Shown here piece by piece: positions 8,623-18,554 of a stretch of DNA of 64,000 bases. The notes beneath the pieces are model-generated. The model searched no databases. It was given only the letters and a program-made list of their open reading frames with translations, and had not been told where the DNA came from. This stretch comes from an uncultured Planctomycetia bacterium (GTDB lineage Bacteria > Planctomycetota > UBA1135 > JALUZX01): contig CAZLQD010000010.1 of NCBI GenBank assembly GCA_964561605.1, positions 173,077-237,076 on the forward strand. The letters are read 5' to 3'. The translations under genes were made by a program, and so were the position numbers. How positions within the stretch are numbered: position 1 is the first letter of the stretch; the number at the start of each line of letters is the position of its first letter.

Positions 8623-11337
8623 TCAGTCCTTCAGGAACCGCCTCTGGACGGTCTGCAGGATCCCGCCGTTCCTGTAGTATTCCACCTCGATGGGGGAATC
8701 GAGGCGGCACCTCAGGGTGATCGTCCTGGTCTTTCCATCCTCGCCGGCCACATCCACCTTCACGTCCTGGGCGGGCCGGAGGGAGTCGTCCACGTGGATC
8801 GTGTAGACCTCCTTGCCCGTGAGCCCCAGGGTCTCGGCGTCCTCCCCCTCCTTGAACTGCAGGGGAAGGACCCCCATTCCCACCAGGTTGCTCCTGTGGA
8901 TCCTCTCGAAGGACTCGGCGATCACCGCCTTGATCCCCAGGAGTGCCGTGCCCTTGGCGGCCCAGTCCCTGCTGGAACCCATGCCGTAGTCCTTGCCGGC
9001 GAGGACGATCGTCGGGATTCCCGCGGCCTTGTACTCCTCCGCCGCATCGAAGATGAACTTCACCTTCCCGTCCAGGAAGGATGTGGTCCAGCCGCCTTCC
9101 GTGCCCGGCGCGAGCTGGTTGCGGAGCCGGATGTTCCCGAAGGTGCCCCGGGTCATGACCCGGTCGTTGCCCCGGCGGCTGCCGTAGGTGTTGAACTCTT
9201 CGGGCTTCACCCCCTTCTCCATGAGGTATCGCGCCGCCGGGCTCTCCAGGGGGATGGGACCGGCGGGGCTGATATGGTCGGTGGTGACGCTGTCCCCCAC
9301 CTTCACCAGGACCCGGGCCTTCTCGATGGGGACGATCGGCGGCGGTTCCAGGGGCATGTCCTTGAACAGGGGGATCTCCTGGATGTAGGTGCTGTCGGCC
9401 GGCCAATGGTAGAGTTCCCCCGACCCGGCGGGGATGGCGTTCCAGAGCTCGTTCTTCTCGAGGATCCCGTCGTAGTTCTCCTTGAACATCTCGGGGGTGA
9501 CGGCCTGGGAGAGGGCTTCCTGGATCTCCGCCGAGGTGGGCCAGACATCCTTCATGTAGACCGGTTTTCCGTCCTTGCCCGTCCCAAGAGGTTCCTTGAA
9601 GGGATCGAAGTCCACCGTCCCGGCCAGGGCGTAGGCCACCACCAGGGGCGGCGAGGCGAGGAAGTTCGCCTTGACGAAGGGGTTGACCCTTCCTTCGAAG
9701 TTCCGGTTCCCCGAAAGCACACCGGCGGCGACCAGGTCCCCCTCCTGAATGGCCTTCCGGACGGGGTCCGGAAGGGGCCCGCTGTTGCCGATGCAGGTGG
9801 TGCACCCGTATCCCACGACGGAGAAACCGAGCTTCTCCAGGTAGGGAAGGAGGCCCGCCTTGCGGAGATACTCCGTCACCACCCTGGAACCCGGGGCGAG
9901 ACTGGTCTTCACCCAGGGTTTGCGGGCCAGGCCGGCCTCGACGGCCTTCTTGGCCACGAGGCCCGCCCCCACGAGGACGAAGGGGTCGCTCGTGTTGGTG
10001 CAACTGGTGATGGCGGCGATGACCACCGCTCCGTGGCCGAGTTCCGCCTCCCCAGAGGGAAGGGCGGCCCGGGCCGTCCGCTTCGCCGCCTCTTCGTCCA
10101 GGGCGAAGCCCCTTTCCTCCACGGGGGCGGCGAGCATCTTCTTCCAGGCGGACTTCATCTCCTTGAGGAGGATCCTGTCCTGGGGCCTCTTGGGGCCGGC
10201 CATGCAGGGCTCCACCAGGGAGAGATCGAACTCCACCACCTCCTGGAACTCGGGATCTGGGGTTTCGCTCGTCCGGAACATGCCCTGGGCCTTGCAGTAG
10301 GCCTCCACCAGCTCCACCTGCTCCTCGGAACGGCCCGTCTGCCTGAGGAAATCCAAGGTGTTTCCGTCCACGGGGAAGAAGCCCATGGTGGCGCCGTACT
10401 CGGGGGCCATGTTGGCCAGCATGGCCCGGTCGGCCACGGTCATGCTCTCCAGGCCAGGGCCGAAGAACTCCACGAACTTGCCCACCACGCCCTTGGCCCG
10501 AAGCACCTGGGTGAGCTTGAGGACCGCATCGGTGGGGGTGGTGCCTTCCGGGAGGCTCCCGGTGATCCTCACCCCCACCACGGGGGGAGGAAGCATGAAG
10601 ATGGGCTGGTCCAGCATGACCGCCTCGGCCTCGATGCCCCCCACACCCCAACCGACGATCCCGAGTCCGTCGATCATTGTGGTATGGGAATCGGTCCCCA
10701 CGAGGGAGTCGAAGAAGGCCGTGGGGACCCCGCCGATCTCCCGGGTCCGGACCACCTGGCCGAGCCACTCCAGGTTGACCTGGTGGATGATGCCGCTTCC
10801 CGGAGGGATGACCCGGAAGTCCTGGAAGGCGTTCTGCCCCCACTTGAGGAACTCGTAGCGCTCCCGGTTGCGCTCGAACTCCTTCTCCATGTTCTTCCGG
10901 ACAGCCTGGGGGTCGTCGAAGTAGTCCACCTGGACGCTGTGGTCGATCACCAGGTCGGCCGGCACCTGGGGATTGATGCGCTTGGGATCCTTACCGAAAC
11001 GGGCCATGGCGCTACGCATGGCCGCCAGGTCCACCACGGCGGGCACGCCGGTGAAGTCCTGGAGGATCACCCGGGCCGGCTTGAAGGGGATCTCCTTGGG
11101 CTCGGGGGCCTTGGGGTCGTAGGCGGCCAGGGCCCGGACATTCTCCTGGGTCACCACCTTGCCGTCCTCGTTCCGCAGGAGGGACTCCAGGAGGACCCGA
11201 ATGGAGAAAGGAAGGCGGGAGATCTTCCCCAACCCATCTTCTTCGAGTTTCCCCAGCCTGTAGTAGACGAAGGTCCCCGCCGAAGTCTCGAGTTCGCTGC
11301 GGGCGCCGAAGGAATCCAGGTTTCGCGTGTCGTTCAT
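8623..11337 (-). CDS. acnA: Aconitate hydratase A
   Basis: 904 aa, colinear with AcnA/IRP-type aconitases: [53 protein letters not shown]. Confidence 0.97.
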   Translation of the reverse strand: MNDTRNLDSFGARSELETSAGTFVYYRLGKLEEDGLGKISRLPFSIRVLLESLLRNEDGKVVTQENVRALAAYDPKAPEPKEIPFKPARVILQDFTGVPAVVDLAAMRSAMARFGKDPKRINPQVPADLVIDHSVQVDYFDDPQAVRKNMEKEFERNRERYEFLKWGQNAFQDFRVIPPGSGIIHQVNLEWLGQVVRTREIGGVPTAFFDSLVGTDSHTTMIDGLGIVGWGVGGIEAEAVMLDQPIFMLPPPVVGVRITGSLPEGTTPTDAVLKLTQVLRAKGVVGKFVEFFGPGLESMTVADRAMLANMAPEYGATMGFFPVDGNTLDFLRQTGRSEEQVELVEAYCKAQGMFRTSETPDPEFQEVVEFDLSLVEPCMAGPKRPQDRILLKEMKSAWKKMLAAPVEERGFALDEEAAKRTARAALPSGEAELGHGAVVIAAITSCTNTSDPFVLVGAGLVAKKAVEAGLARKPWVKTSLAPGSRVVTEYLRKAGLLPYLEKLGFSVVGYGCTTCIGNSGPLPDPVRKAIQEGDLVAAGVLSGNRNFEGRVNPFVKANFLASPPLVVAYALAGTVDFDPFKEPLGTGKDGKPVYMKDVWPTSAEIQEALSQAVTPEMFKENYDGILEKNELWNAIPAGSGELYHWPADSTYIQEIPLFKDMPLEPPPIVPIEKARVLVKVGDSVTTDHISPAGPIPLESPAARYLMEKGVKPEEFNTYGSRRGNDRVMTRGTFGNIRLRNQLAPGTEGGWTTSFLDGKVKFIFDAAEEYKAAGIPTIVLAGKDYGMGSSRDWAAKGTALLGIKAVIAESFERIHRSNLVGMGVLPLQFKEGEDAETLGLTGKEVYTIHVDDSLRPAQDVKVDVAGEDGKTRTITLRCRLDSPIEVEYYRNGGILQTVQRRFLKD

Positions 11338-11477
11338 GGCAGAATCCCCCTGGGGGTTCGGTCGTTTTCGGGTGAATTCCCGGCTATTGGGCGCCCCCGG
11401 CCCCTCCCTGTCAAGGAAGGAGCTCCCGGCCCGGCCCGGGACCGCCCCAACAGGGGCTCCCGGCCCTTACGGCAGGA

Positions 11478-13046
11478 TCAGGGTTTTCCCACCAGGGCGG
11501 CCCCGCCGGGGGAGACGATCAGGCCCAGGGGATTGGCCTTCGGATCACCCACCAGCCACTGCTGGTAGAAACGGGCTCCCACGAGGACGGGGAGCTTGGG
11601 AATCACGAACCGGACATAGGCCCCTCCGAAGGGACCGATGGTCCTGGCCGACAGGAGTTCGGGCCCCACCAGGAGGGAACACCCCTTGGCCCCGTAGAAG
11701 GAGAGGTCCAGGGGAAGTTTCGCCCTTCCCCACCGGGCCATGGAAGACCCAGTGAGGAGGAAGGCCGGCGTCTTGGGGGCCAGGTAGAAGAGGTCCACCC
11801 GGAACGTCCTGCCCAGGACGGGCACCCCGCCCGGAACGAGGAGGGGAACCCCGGCCGGGCCTTTGCACCCCTGCCCGAAGACCTTGTACGCCCCCGCCCT
11901 GGAGGTCCCTGTGAACTTCTTCACCGCCGCCGCGAAGGGACCGTAGGTGAAGAAGGTCCCCGTGTTGTATCCGCCCGACCAGGTGCATCCGCCGTGGGTG
12001 TGGATCCCGACGGCCATACCCGTGGCGGCCATGATGACGGGGGAACCGGAATTTCCGCCCATGGTGTCCACCCTGTAACGGATCGCGGACCCCGAGATCC
12101 CGGCGAGCGGACCCGTGCCGGTCTGCTGGACCAGGTTGTAGGACCTGGGAGTGGAATCCGTCCCGTACCCGGTGACCCTGAGCTTCGCTCCGGCCCCTGG
12201 ATACCCTCCAATCCGGAAATAGTCTCCCTGCACTTCGCCAGGGTATTTCCCCGTATACACGTTCTTCAGCGTGAGGAAGACCCCCCAATCCATGCCGGGG
12301 CCGCCGACCTGGAACGCCCTCTGGGTGAATCCCGCCCAAGTATACTGGTCCTTGGGGGAGGGGAAACGCATCCCTCCGCTCGAGCTCGAGAGGGGAACGT
12401 TGAACTGGACGTTGAGCGTGGTGAGGGACTTGGCTCCCAGGACGTGGCCGGCCGTGACGAAACAATTCTTCTTGTTGATGAGCCAGGCCGTTCCCACGGA
12501 GTAGTAGTTGGACATCCGGAGGAGGGCCCGGGCCACCCGCCTGTCCCGGGAAAGAACCCGGTTGTCCGGCCCGCAGAGAGTGGCGGGAACGGGAGTGGCC
12601 GTCCCCCCGGGAAGCCCCCATCCCAGGGTCTTCACCCCGAAGCGGTTCCCCTTGGTGTGAGGCCCGGCGAAGAGGCGGACCTTCACGGCGTCCCCGTTGA
12701 AAAAGGAACTATAGGGCCCGTAGGTCTCCAGAATCCGGGCGTCGAGCCTCTCGGACGCCCCGTCCTGGAGGGAAGAGACCTCCAGGAAGCTCCCCCTTCC
12801 CAGGACCACCTCCCGGAATTCCAACTGAAGGAAGGATGCACCGGCCTTTCGAAAGACCTTCTCCAGGACCGGGAGAGTCTTGCCCGTGGGGTTGTCCAAG
12901 GCTGGGCTGGAATAGGACCAGGGCTGGATCCTACCCACGATGGGAAGGAGCACGTCCCCCCCCTGGGCGGCGGCCCCGGCGGCCGCCGGAACGAGGAGGG
13001 AGAGAAACAACCCACCTTTTCGAAACCACGGGAAAACCTTTTTCAT
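11478..13046 (-). CDS. Secreted trypsin-like (S1/V8-type) serine protease with an extra Cys-containing C-terminal domain
   Basis: Signal peptide. His motif FVTAGHVL. Ser motif MGGNSGSPVI. The C-terminal ~130 aa (GQGCKG...AKGCSLL...VGDPKANPLG) is not part of the protease fold. Confidence 0.8.
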   Translation of the reverse strand: MKKVFPWFRKGGLFLSLLVPAAAGAAAQGGDVLLPIVGRIQPWSYSSPALDNPTGKTLPVLEKVFRKAGASFLQLEFREVVLGRGSFLEVSSLQDGASERLDARILETYGPYSSFFNGDAVKVRLFAGPHTKGNRFGVKTLGWGLPGGTATPVPATLCGPDNRVLSRDRRVARALLRMSNYYSVGTAWLINKKNCFVTAGHVLGAKSLTTLNVQFNVPLSSSSGGMRFPSPKDQYTWAGFTQRAFQVGGPGMDWGVFLTLKNVYTGKYPGEVQGDYFRIGGYPGAGAKLRVTGYGTDSTPRSYNLVQQTGTGPLAGISGSAIRYRVDTMGGNSGSPVIMAATGMAVGIHTHGGCTWSGGYNTGTFFTYGPFAAAVKKFTGTSRAGAYKVFGQGCKGPAGVPLLVPGGVPVLGRTFRVDLFYLAPKTPAFLLTGSSMARWGRAKLPLDLSFYGAKGCSLLVGPELLSARTIGPFGGAYVRFVIPKLPVLVGARFYQQWLVGDPKANPLGLIVSPGGAALVGKP

Positions 13047-13084
13047 CCTTCACACTCCCTGCATGCCAGGGACTCATTGGTTCA

Positions 13085-13125
13085 AGGTCGAAACCAGGAT
13101 TTGAGGTCGAAAGCAGGATTTGAGG
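13085..13125. repeat. 19-bp tandem direct repeat, two copies plus a partial third
   Basis: aggtcgaaaccaggatttg / aggtcgaaagcaggatttg / agg. 18 of 19 identical, head to tail, about 40 bp upstream of the protease start codon in a locally AT-richer spacer. Confidence 0.8.
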
Positions 13126-13248
13126 AATGCTGTCCCGCCCCGATACACACGGGCCCAGTTGGACAACTCCCTTGTAGAGAATACTGTCCAGCCGGTCCCT
13201 GGGTTCCCTGGAATCCCAGGCAAAAGAAAAGGGCCCAGGCGGAACTCC

Positions 13249-14583
13249 TCAATTCGGCCCAGCCGGGCCCCACTCCTCCTGGAAGCGGATCCCCACTTCC
13301 TCGAGCTCTTTCAGGACGGGTTCGTAGAGAAGGGGCTCAACGGGAAGGACCAGGCCTTTCAACGCCACCTCCCCCGAAAGAAGGAGCTTCACCGCCACGG
13401 CCAAAGGAAGGGCCACGGTCCTGGCCATGGCCGTATCCCCGCCAGGCTCGCCGAAGGCCACAAGGCGGGAGGAGCAAAGGCCCTCCTTCCCGCCGGGCCG
13501 GGAAACCCGGAACTCGTGCTGGAGGACCACCATGTCCCGCTCTCCTTGCTGGAAACGGCACAACTCTCCCATCCTTCGGGCCAGGAGCTCCCTGGCCGAG
13601 GCCCTCTCCACGGGGAGGGGGTCCTCGCGGAAGAACCCCAGCCACTCCAGGTTCCGCAGGGCGGGGTGGTCTTCCTCCACCCCGGCCTTGCCGGCAAGTG
13701 CCTTCCGGGGATCCTCCCCGGGATGGCCCTCGCCCAGGGCACGGCTGAAGCCGGCCCAGGTGAGCCCGGAAAGGTCGAAGATCCTCTCCCCGTCCAGAAG
13801 GCCCATGCGCACCCAGGCCGACCAGGCCTCGCAGTGCCCCGGGTTCCTGAGGGTTCCCCGGAGGAGGTCCCCGGCTTCGCCGATCCCGTAGGCATCCCTG
13901 TAAGGAAGGGAGTCGCCGTTGGGATAGCCTTCGAAAGTCCCCAGGCCGGGCACGGTCACGGGCCGGCAATGGAGGAAGAGATCCCTTCCTTCGACCTCCC
14001 GGACCTTGCCGCCCTCGAGGAAACGGGCGGGCCGGACCGCCGCGGCCAGGACTCCCTCGGGGGACCAGGAAAGTTTGTATCCGATCGGGTTGGTATTCGC
14101 CTCCGGTGCGGGAAGGCCCCCGCAGAAGGAACGAAAGGCCAGGACCCTCCCCCCCTCCCCGTGGATCCGGCGGATCATGCGGACCGCCGACATGTGGTCC
14201 AGGCCGGGGTCCAGGCCGCATTCGTTCAGGAGGACCAGGCCCTTCCTGCGCGCCTCTCCGTCGAGGGCCCGCATCTCCTTCCCGGCGTAGGACGCCGTGG
14301 CCAGGTGGCGTCCCTTCTCCAGGCAGACCCGGGCCACCCGGGGGTGTTCCGAGGCGGGAAGGAGGGAGACCACCAGGTCGGCCCCTTCCACGGCCCGGGC
14401 CAGGGCGGCCTCGTCCCTCGCGTCCAGGACGAAGGAAGACCCGCGCCCCAGGCCCTCCAGGAGGCGTTTCCCCTCCTCGGGATAGAGACTCCCGACCCGC
14501 AGCTCCACCCAGGAGAGCCCAGTCAGGTATTCCGCAAGAGGGCGGGCCACCCTCCCCGCGCCCAGGAGAAGGACCTTCTTCAC
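13249..14583 (-). CDS. Saccharopine dehydrogenase (AASS C-terminal-domain type, L-glutamate-forming)
   Basis: KKVLLLGAGRVARP, ECGLDPGLDHM, FCGGLPAPEANTNPIGYKLSWSPEGVL, EGYPNGDS, RGTLR. Colinear with the SDH half of eukaryotic AASS. Confidence 0.85.
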   Translation of the reverse strand: MKKVLLLGAGRVARPLAEYLTGLSWVELRVGSLYPEEGKRLLEGLGRGSSFVLDARDEAALARAVEGADLVVSLLPASEHPRVARVCLEKGRHLATASYAGKEMRALDGEARRKGLVLLNECGLDPGLDHMSAVRMIRRIHGEGGRVLAFRSFCGGLPAPEANTNPIGYKLSWSPEGVLAAAVRPARFLEGGKVREVEGRDLFLHCRPVTVPGLGTFEGYPNGDSLPYRDAYGIGEAGDLLRGTLRNPGHCEAWSAWVRMGLLDGERIFDLSGLTWAGFSRALGEGHPGEDPRKALAGKAGVEEDHPALRNLEWLGFFREDPLPVERASARELLARRMGELCRFQQGERDMVVLQHEFRVSRPGGKEGLCSSRLVAFGEPGGDTAMARTVALPLAVAVKLLLSGEVALKGLVLPVEPLLYEPVLKELEEVGIRFQEEWGPAGPN

Positions 14584-15911
14584 TCTTCCCCCTTCCGGCT
14601 GCCGTCGAGGAAGCCCTCCATGTAACGGAAGGCCGGGGTGAACTCCCCCTTCCAGAGGATCACCGCCCGGGCGAGTTCGGGGGGAAATCCCGCCGCCGGA
14701 AGAGGGCCCGAGAGGTCCGCCGAGGCGAGGAAGGGAACCAGGGGGGCCAAGGCCGAACTGAACCCCTGGGAAGAATCCCTGGGGATTTCGGCCGGGAGGT
14801 TTCCCACGGCGAGGACGGCGATTCCCTTCCCCTCGAAGCCCGACGGGGCCTCTCCCGTGGTAGGATCGTATACGAAGACAGGATCCCCCGAATCGGTCTC
14901 TCTCACGGTGCAGGCCAGGGGCCCGTCGATGTCGCAGGAGATGTCCGCCACGAGCCGGAGCTTGGGGACCTCCCCGGACCGGAAGAGGCCGGCCAGGTCC
15001 TCCCTCGCGGCGAGCCTGGGATACTTGGGCGTCCAGAAGATGGCGTTCACCAAGAGGGTGAGGTAGGGAAGATAGGAGGGGAAGATGGGCCTGTAACGTT
15101 CGGGATGGTCGTAGTACTCCCTAAGGTCGAAGGAGGCCCCCTCCTCCCTGGGAACGACCAGGTCCTCCTCCTTGAAGACCACCTTCACCACCTTGTCCCC
15201 AAGTCCAGGATTCTCCCGGACGAACCGGGGGAGTTCCGATGGGGTCACCTCCACCAGGGGAAGGAGGTTCAGGATCTCCTGGGCACCCTGGGACACGTGG
15301 CCGTAGCCGGTGATTCCCACCACCAGGGGAGCGATCCCGCCGGGGATCCCCTCCCGGGCGATCCTCTCGCCAAGCCCTTGGATCTCCTCTTTCAGGGCCC
15401 GTAGATCTCCCGCCTGGTGGGCCGGCTTCAGCTCCAGGAAGGAGGTTTTCATCCCCTGTGCTTCCAGGCGCCTCCCCAGGGCCCAGAGGGCGTCGGCCAT
15501 GCCGGCCAGGCCGGCGTAACGGCCGAAGAAGATGAGCCTCCGGTCCTCCTCGTCCCGGATCATCTCGTAGTCCAGCAAGGTGGCCCCCTTCTCCACCAGG
15601 GTGCGGAGCATCCCCATGTTGTGGGGCTGGCCCTTGATGGTGTGGGAGAAGAAGGCGTATCCCCCGCCGGGCCGGAAGAAGGAATCGGGCATCTCCTTCA
15701 CCCCCAGGACGAACTCGCAGGGTCCCACGTCGGAAACCACCTTGGCCCCGGCCCGGGCGAATTCTTCGTCCGAGAAGGCCCGCCGCTTGGAGGACTGGAC
15801 CCAGACCTCCACCCCTTCCCCCACCAGGTGGGCCACGTCGGAGGGCACCAAGGGGGACCGCCTCTCCCAGGGATTCTTGTCTTCTTCGCGGATTCCGATC
15901 CTGTTGCCCAA
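14580..15911 (-). CDS. Lysine-ketoglutarate reductase (AASS N-terminal-domain type, AlaDH/PNT fold)
   Basis: IGIREEDKNPWERRSPL, YAFFSHTIKGQPHNMGML, FFGRYAGLAGM, YGHVSQGAQEI, YDHPERY, VADISCDIDG, VGNLPAEIP. Colinear with the LKR half of AASS. Its stop overlaps the SDH start (ATGA). Confidence 0.8.
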   Translation of the reverse strand: MGNRIGIREEDKNPWERRSPLVPSDVAHLVGEGVEVWVQSSKRRAFSDEEFARAGAKVVSDVGPCEFVLGVKEMPDSFFRPGGGYAFFSHTIKGQPHNMGMLRTLVEKGATLLDYEMIRDEEDRRLIFFGRYAGLAGMADALWALGRRLEAQGMKTSFLELKPAHQAGDLRALKEEIQGLGERIAREGIPGGIAPLVVGITGYGHVSQGAQEILNLLPLVEVTPSELPRFVRENPGLGDKVVKVVFKEEDLVVPREEGASFDLREYYDHPERYRPIFPSYLPYLTLLVNAIFWTPKYPRLAAREDLAGLFRSGEVPKLRLVADISCDIDGPLACTVRETDSGDPVFVYDPTTGEAPSGFEGKGIAVLAVGNLPAEIPRDSSQGFSSALAPLVPFLASADLSGPLPAAGFPPELARAVILWKGEFTPAFRYMEGFLDGSRKGEE

Positions 15912-16203
15912 AGGAGCCTCCCCCTTCGTTCCGGCCTCCCTCCTCCTCTTCCCGGGGAGTCGAGGTTAGGGAGAAGGGGAGCGGGAAACAACCCGCCTGG
16001 GAGAACAAGCTGGAAGGTCTGGAGAAAGACTTCCCAGGGCCCTCCCGGAGGGAGCCCTCCCGGGCGGCCGGGCCCGGCCTTTCGGGCCGGTCCGAAGAAC
16101 CAGGCCGGGCAGGGCCCCTGCCGGGGCCCGGGCCGGGAGGAGGGGCGGAAGGGGCCCGCCCCACCTTGCCTCCCTGCTGGAGGCCGGAGGGAAAGGCCCC
16201 TCC

Positions 16204-17289
16204 TCAAGTCTTGAGACGAAAAACCGGCCCCTCCCCTTCGAAGAGGAAGCCCCACTTGGTCCGGGCCTGGAAGTTGACTCCCTGGATCACGTACATCGCC
16301 GGTCTCCGGCCTCCCATGCGGGACCCCAAGCGGATGTCCAGCCCCTCCGAGGCGGTCAGGGGAAGGGCCGGGTTCACCCGGGGATCCTGGAGGACCAGGA
16401 ACTGGGCCCGGAGCCTTCCGCCCAGGAGCTCGGGTGAGCCCGGAACGGGGAGGAAGGTCTCCCCCATGCCGGAGAGCCCCACCTTGACGGGGAGCATGGT
16501 CACGATTTCGGTATAGAGGAAACACCCGGGAAGCCCGACTCCGGACAGGGAGAAGGGGAGGAGAAGGCCTCCCCATGTCGAGGCGGTCGTGCCGAGACAT
16601 GCCAGGGCGGTCCCCCCTGGCGGCGCACCGTGGAGGAACAGGGCCAGGCTTCCCCCTCCCGGGGCCGGTGCGTATCCCGTGGCCCGGTTCGCCCCGGAAG
16701 GACAGCCTGCTCCGAAGGGAACCACCTTTCCCCCGGTCCCCGGGGAGGAGACCTCCCAGTCGCAGGCGTAGGTGTAGATCCTTCCCGTTTTCAGGTCGTA
16801 AGAGTAGTGGTCCACCACCAGGCTACCCCCCTTGTAGGAGAAGGGGACGTCCAGGGGGAAACGAACGTTCCAGGGGGCCGGGGGAACGGCGGGCGCCGCC
16901 AGGGCCGGCCAGTTCACCGTCCTGGGCTTGAAGACCGTCGTGAGACCCGTCGTATCGGGAAAGCGGGGCGTCGGATGAAGAGGGAAGACCGCCAGGTTGG
17001 CCATCCGGACCGTCCAGGAGACCGAGGCCGGCCGGCTCATGGTGCCGGCGATCTTTCCGTCCCCCCTGTAGTCGATCTCCTTCACCAGGGCGGAACCGCC
17101 CAGGCCCTTGAGCATGGTCCTGGAGACCACTTGGGTGAGGCGGACCCTGTTGTATCCGAAGGGCAGGATCCCTGCGCCGCTTCCCTCCGAGGTGGCCCTC
17201 CAGGGAGGAACGGTCAGGGTCGTCTGGGCCGGGGCCTGCGGGGCGAGGGCGGCGGCGGAAAGGAAGATCCATGTTCCGAGGCGTCTCAT
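16204..17289 (-). CDS. Secreted hypothetical protein whose C-terminal domain resembles that of the S1 protease
   Basis: Tail of the artefactual 1401-aa ORF. ATG at 17289 gives signal peptide MRRLGTWIFLSAAALAPQAPAQT. C-terminus contains GAGCPSG...LPGCFLY...LQDPRVNPALP. Confidence 0.6.
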   Translation of the reverse strand: MRRLGTWIFLSAAALAPQAPAQTTLTVPPWRATSEGSGAGILPFGYNRVRLTQVVSRTMLKGLGGSALVKEIDYRGDGKIAGTMSRPASVSWTVRMANLAVFPLHPTPRFPDTTGLTTVFKPRTVNWPALAAPAVPPAPWNVRFPLDVPFSYKGGSLVVDHYSYDLKTGRIYTYACDWEVSSPGTGGKVVPFGAGCPSGANRATGYAPAPGGGSLALFLHGAPPGGTALACLGTTASTWGGLLLPFSLSGVGLPGCFLYTEIVTMLPVKVGLSGMGETFLPVPGSPELLGGRLRAQFLVLQDPRVNPALPLTASEGLDIRLGSRMGGRRPAMYVIQGVNFQARTKWGFLFEGEGPVFRLKT

Positions 17290-17303
17290 CGTCGTCGCTC
17301 CTT

Positions 17304-18545
17304 TCAAGGCAGGAATCCCAGGTGCTTGGTGGGGCTCCCCGGGGGAAGGACCTTTGCGCTGGAGCCCTCGAGCCACTTGTCCACGATCTCCGCCAGGACC
17401 CGGCGGAAATCGGTGGTGTAGACCAGGTTGGCCTTGTTGTAGGGAGGGGAGGCCTTGGAGAGGTCCGGGTAGGTTCCGTAGAGCCCGCCCTTCACGGAAG
17501 GGCCGAAAACGAAGTTGCAGGTGGCCGCTCCGTGGTCCGTCCCGGCGTTTCCGTTCTCCCCGATCCTCCTGGAGAATTCGCTCCACTGGAAGAGGATCGT
17601 CTTCTTGGCGGCCGCCGGGTTCTGGGCCTTCAGGTCGTCGAAGAAGGCCTTGATCACTGGACCCACCCGGGAAAGGAGGACCTCCAGCCGGGTTGCCTCG
17701 GCCGAATGCGTGTCGAACCCGCCCAGGAAGAGGTAGTAGACGTGGGTCTTCAGGCCGTGGATGATGTAGCGCGCCAGGAGCTGGAAAGTCCGGTTGAGAG
17801 GATTTCCGGCCGGGTAGGTCACGGCGGGCTTGTAGTTCTTCCCCGTCTTCTGAAGGGTGTCCGCCGCGTCGAAGGCGGCAGCCTGTGCCGCCGCCGTGAA
17901 GGAGAGGAGGGGGTGCGCCCCGGGCCTGGCCAGGGAGGCGTGGGCCCTGAGCTTCTTCTCCTCCAGGCCCCGGTCGATCCTGGTGTAGGGATCGGTCCGG
18001 AACCGGAAGTTGGCGATGTTCCCCACCACCGGAACGGGATGGCCCGTGAAGACGGGGCTCATCCCGCGCTGGAAATCCAGGGCGGGCAGGGCCGAGCCGC
18101 CGGCGTAGAGGTCCAGGTAGCGGGCGAGCCAGCCCCGGGCGACGTTCAGGATGGTCGGATCCGCCGCGTACCAGTACTTCATCGCCTGGAAGTGGGAGAA
18201 GTTGGGCTTGGGATACCCCACACCTTGGATCACGGCCATCTCTCCCGCGTCCCAGAGGGCCTTGAAATCCTTCAAGGCCGGATGGAGATAGAGATCCGAT
18301 CCGGAAGCCAGCTTGATCGCCTTCGATGTGGGAATCGCCAGGGTGGGACGGGCGGCCTTGTAGACCGAGTGCCCCATGGGGCCCAGGGTGTTCAGGATGT
18401 CCACCCCGCCCATCCACTGGAAGACCACCAGGATCTTGTCCCCCGGTTTGTCCAGCCCCCCGCCCGAAAGGATCCGGGCGCCGAGAGGGAGGGCCAGGCC
18501 CGCCGAGAGGCTCTTCGAGAGAAAGTCGCGCCGCGTCGTCTTCAT
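17304..18545 (-). CDS. DUF1501 domain protein (sulfatase/phosphatase-like fold) with Tat signal
   Basis: MKTTRRDFLSKSL twin-arginine signal. GGFDTH and GTDHG motifs typical of DUF1501. Directly downstream of a DUF1800 gene, the usual pairing. Confidence 0.85.
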   Translation of the reverse strand: MKTTRRDFLSKSLSAGLALPLGARILSGGGLDKPGDKILVVFQWMGGVDILNTLGPMGHSVYKAARPTLAIPTSKAIKLASGSDLYLHPALKDFKALWDAGEMAVIQGVGYPKPNFSHFQAMKYWYAADPTILNVARGWLARYLDLYAGGSALPALDFQRGMSPVFTGHPVPVVGNIANFRFRTDPYTRIDRGLEEKKLRAHASLARPGAHPLLSFTAAAQAAAFDAADTLQKTGKNYKPAVTYPAGNPLNRTFQLLARYIIHGLKTHVYYLFLGGFDTHSAEATRLEVLLSRVGPVIKAFFDDLKAQNPAAAKKTILFQWSEFSRRIGENGNAGTDHGAATCNFVFGPSVKGGLYGTYPDLSKASPPYNKANLVYTTDFRRVLAEIVDKWLEGSSAKVLPPGSPTKHLGFLP

Positions 18546-18554
18546 GCTCTCCTC

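Noticed and set aside
8390-11568. 817-aa (-) and 1016-aa (+) ORFs overlapping acnA
   Set aside because: The acnA frame matches aconitase motifs end to end. The other two frames are low-complexity shadows.
13078-13100. tRNA T-arm-like string ggttcaaggtcgaaacc
   Set aside because: There is no 5-bp stem with a 7-nt T-loop, and no acceptor, D or anticodon arms can be drawn. The string is part of the 19-bp tandem repeat.
15912-16203. GC-rich short hairpins (e.g. ggggcgg-gcccctt-ccgcccc) after the 16204 gene
   Set aside because: The stems are 6-7 bp, there is no T-tract, and such stems are expected by chance at this GC content. Not called as a terminator.
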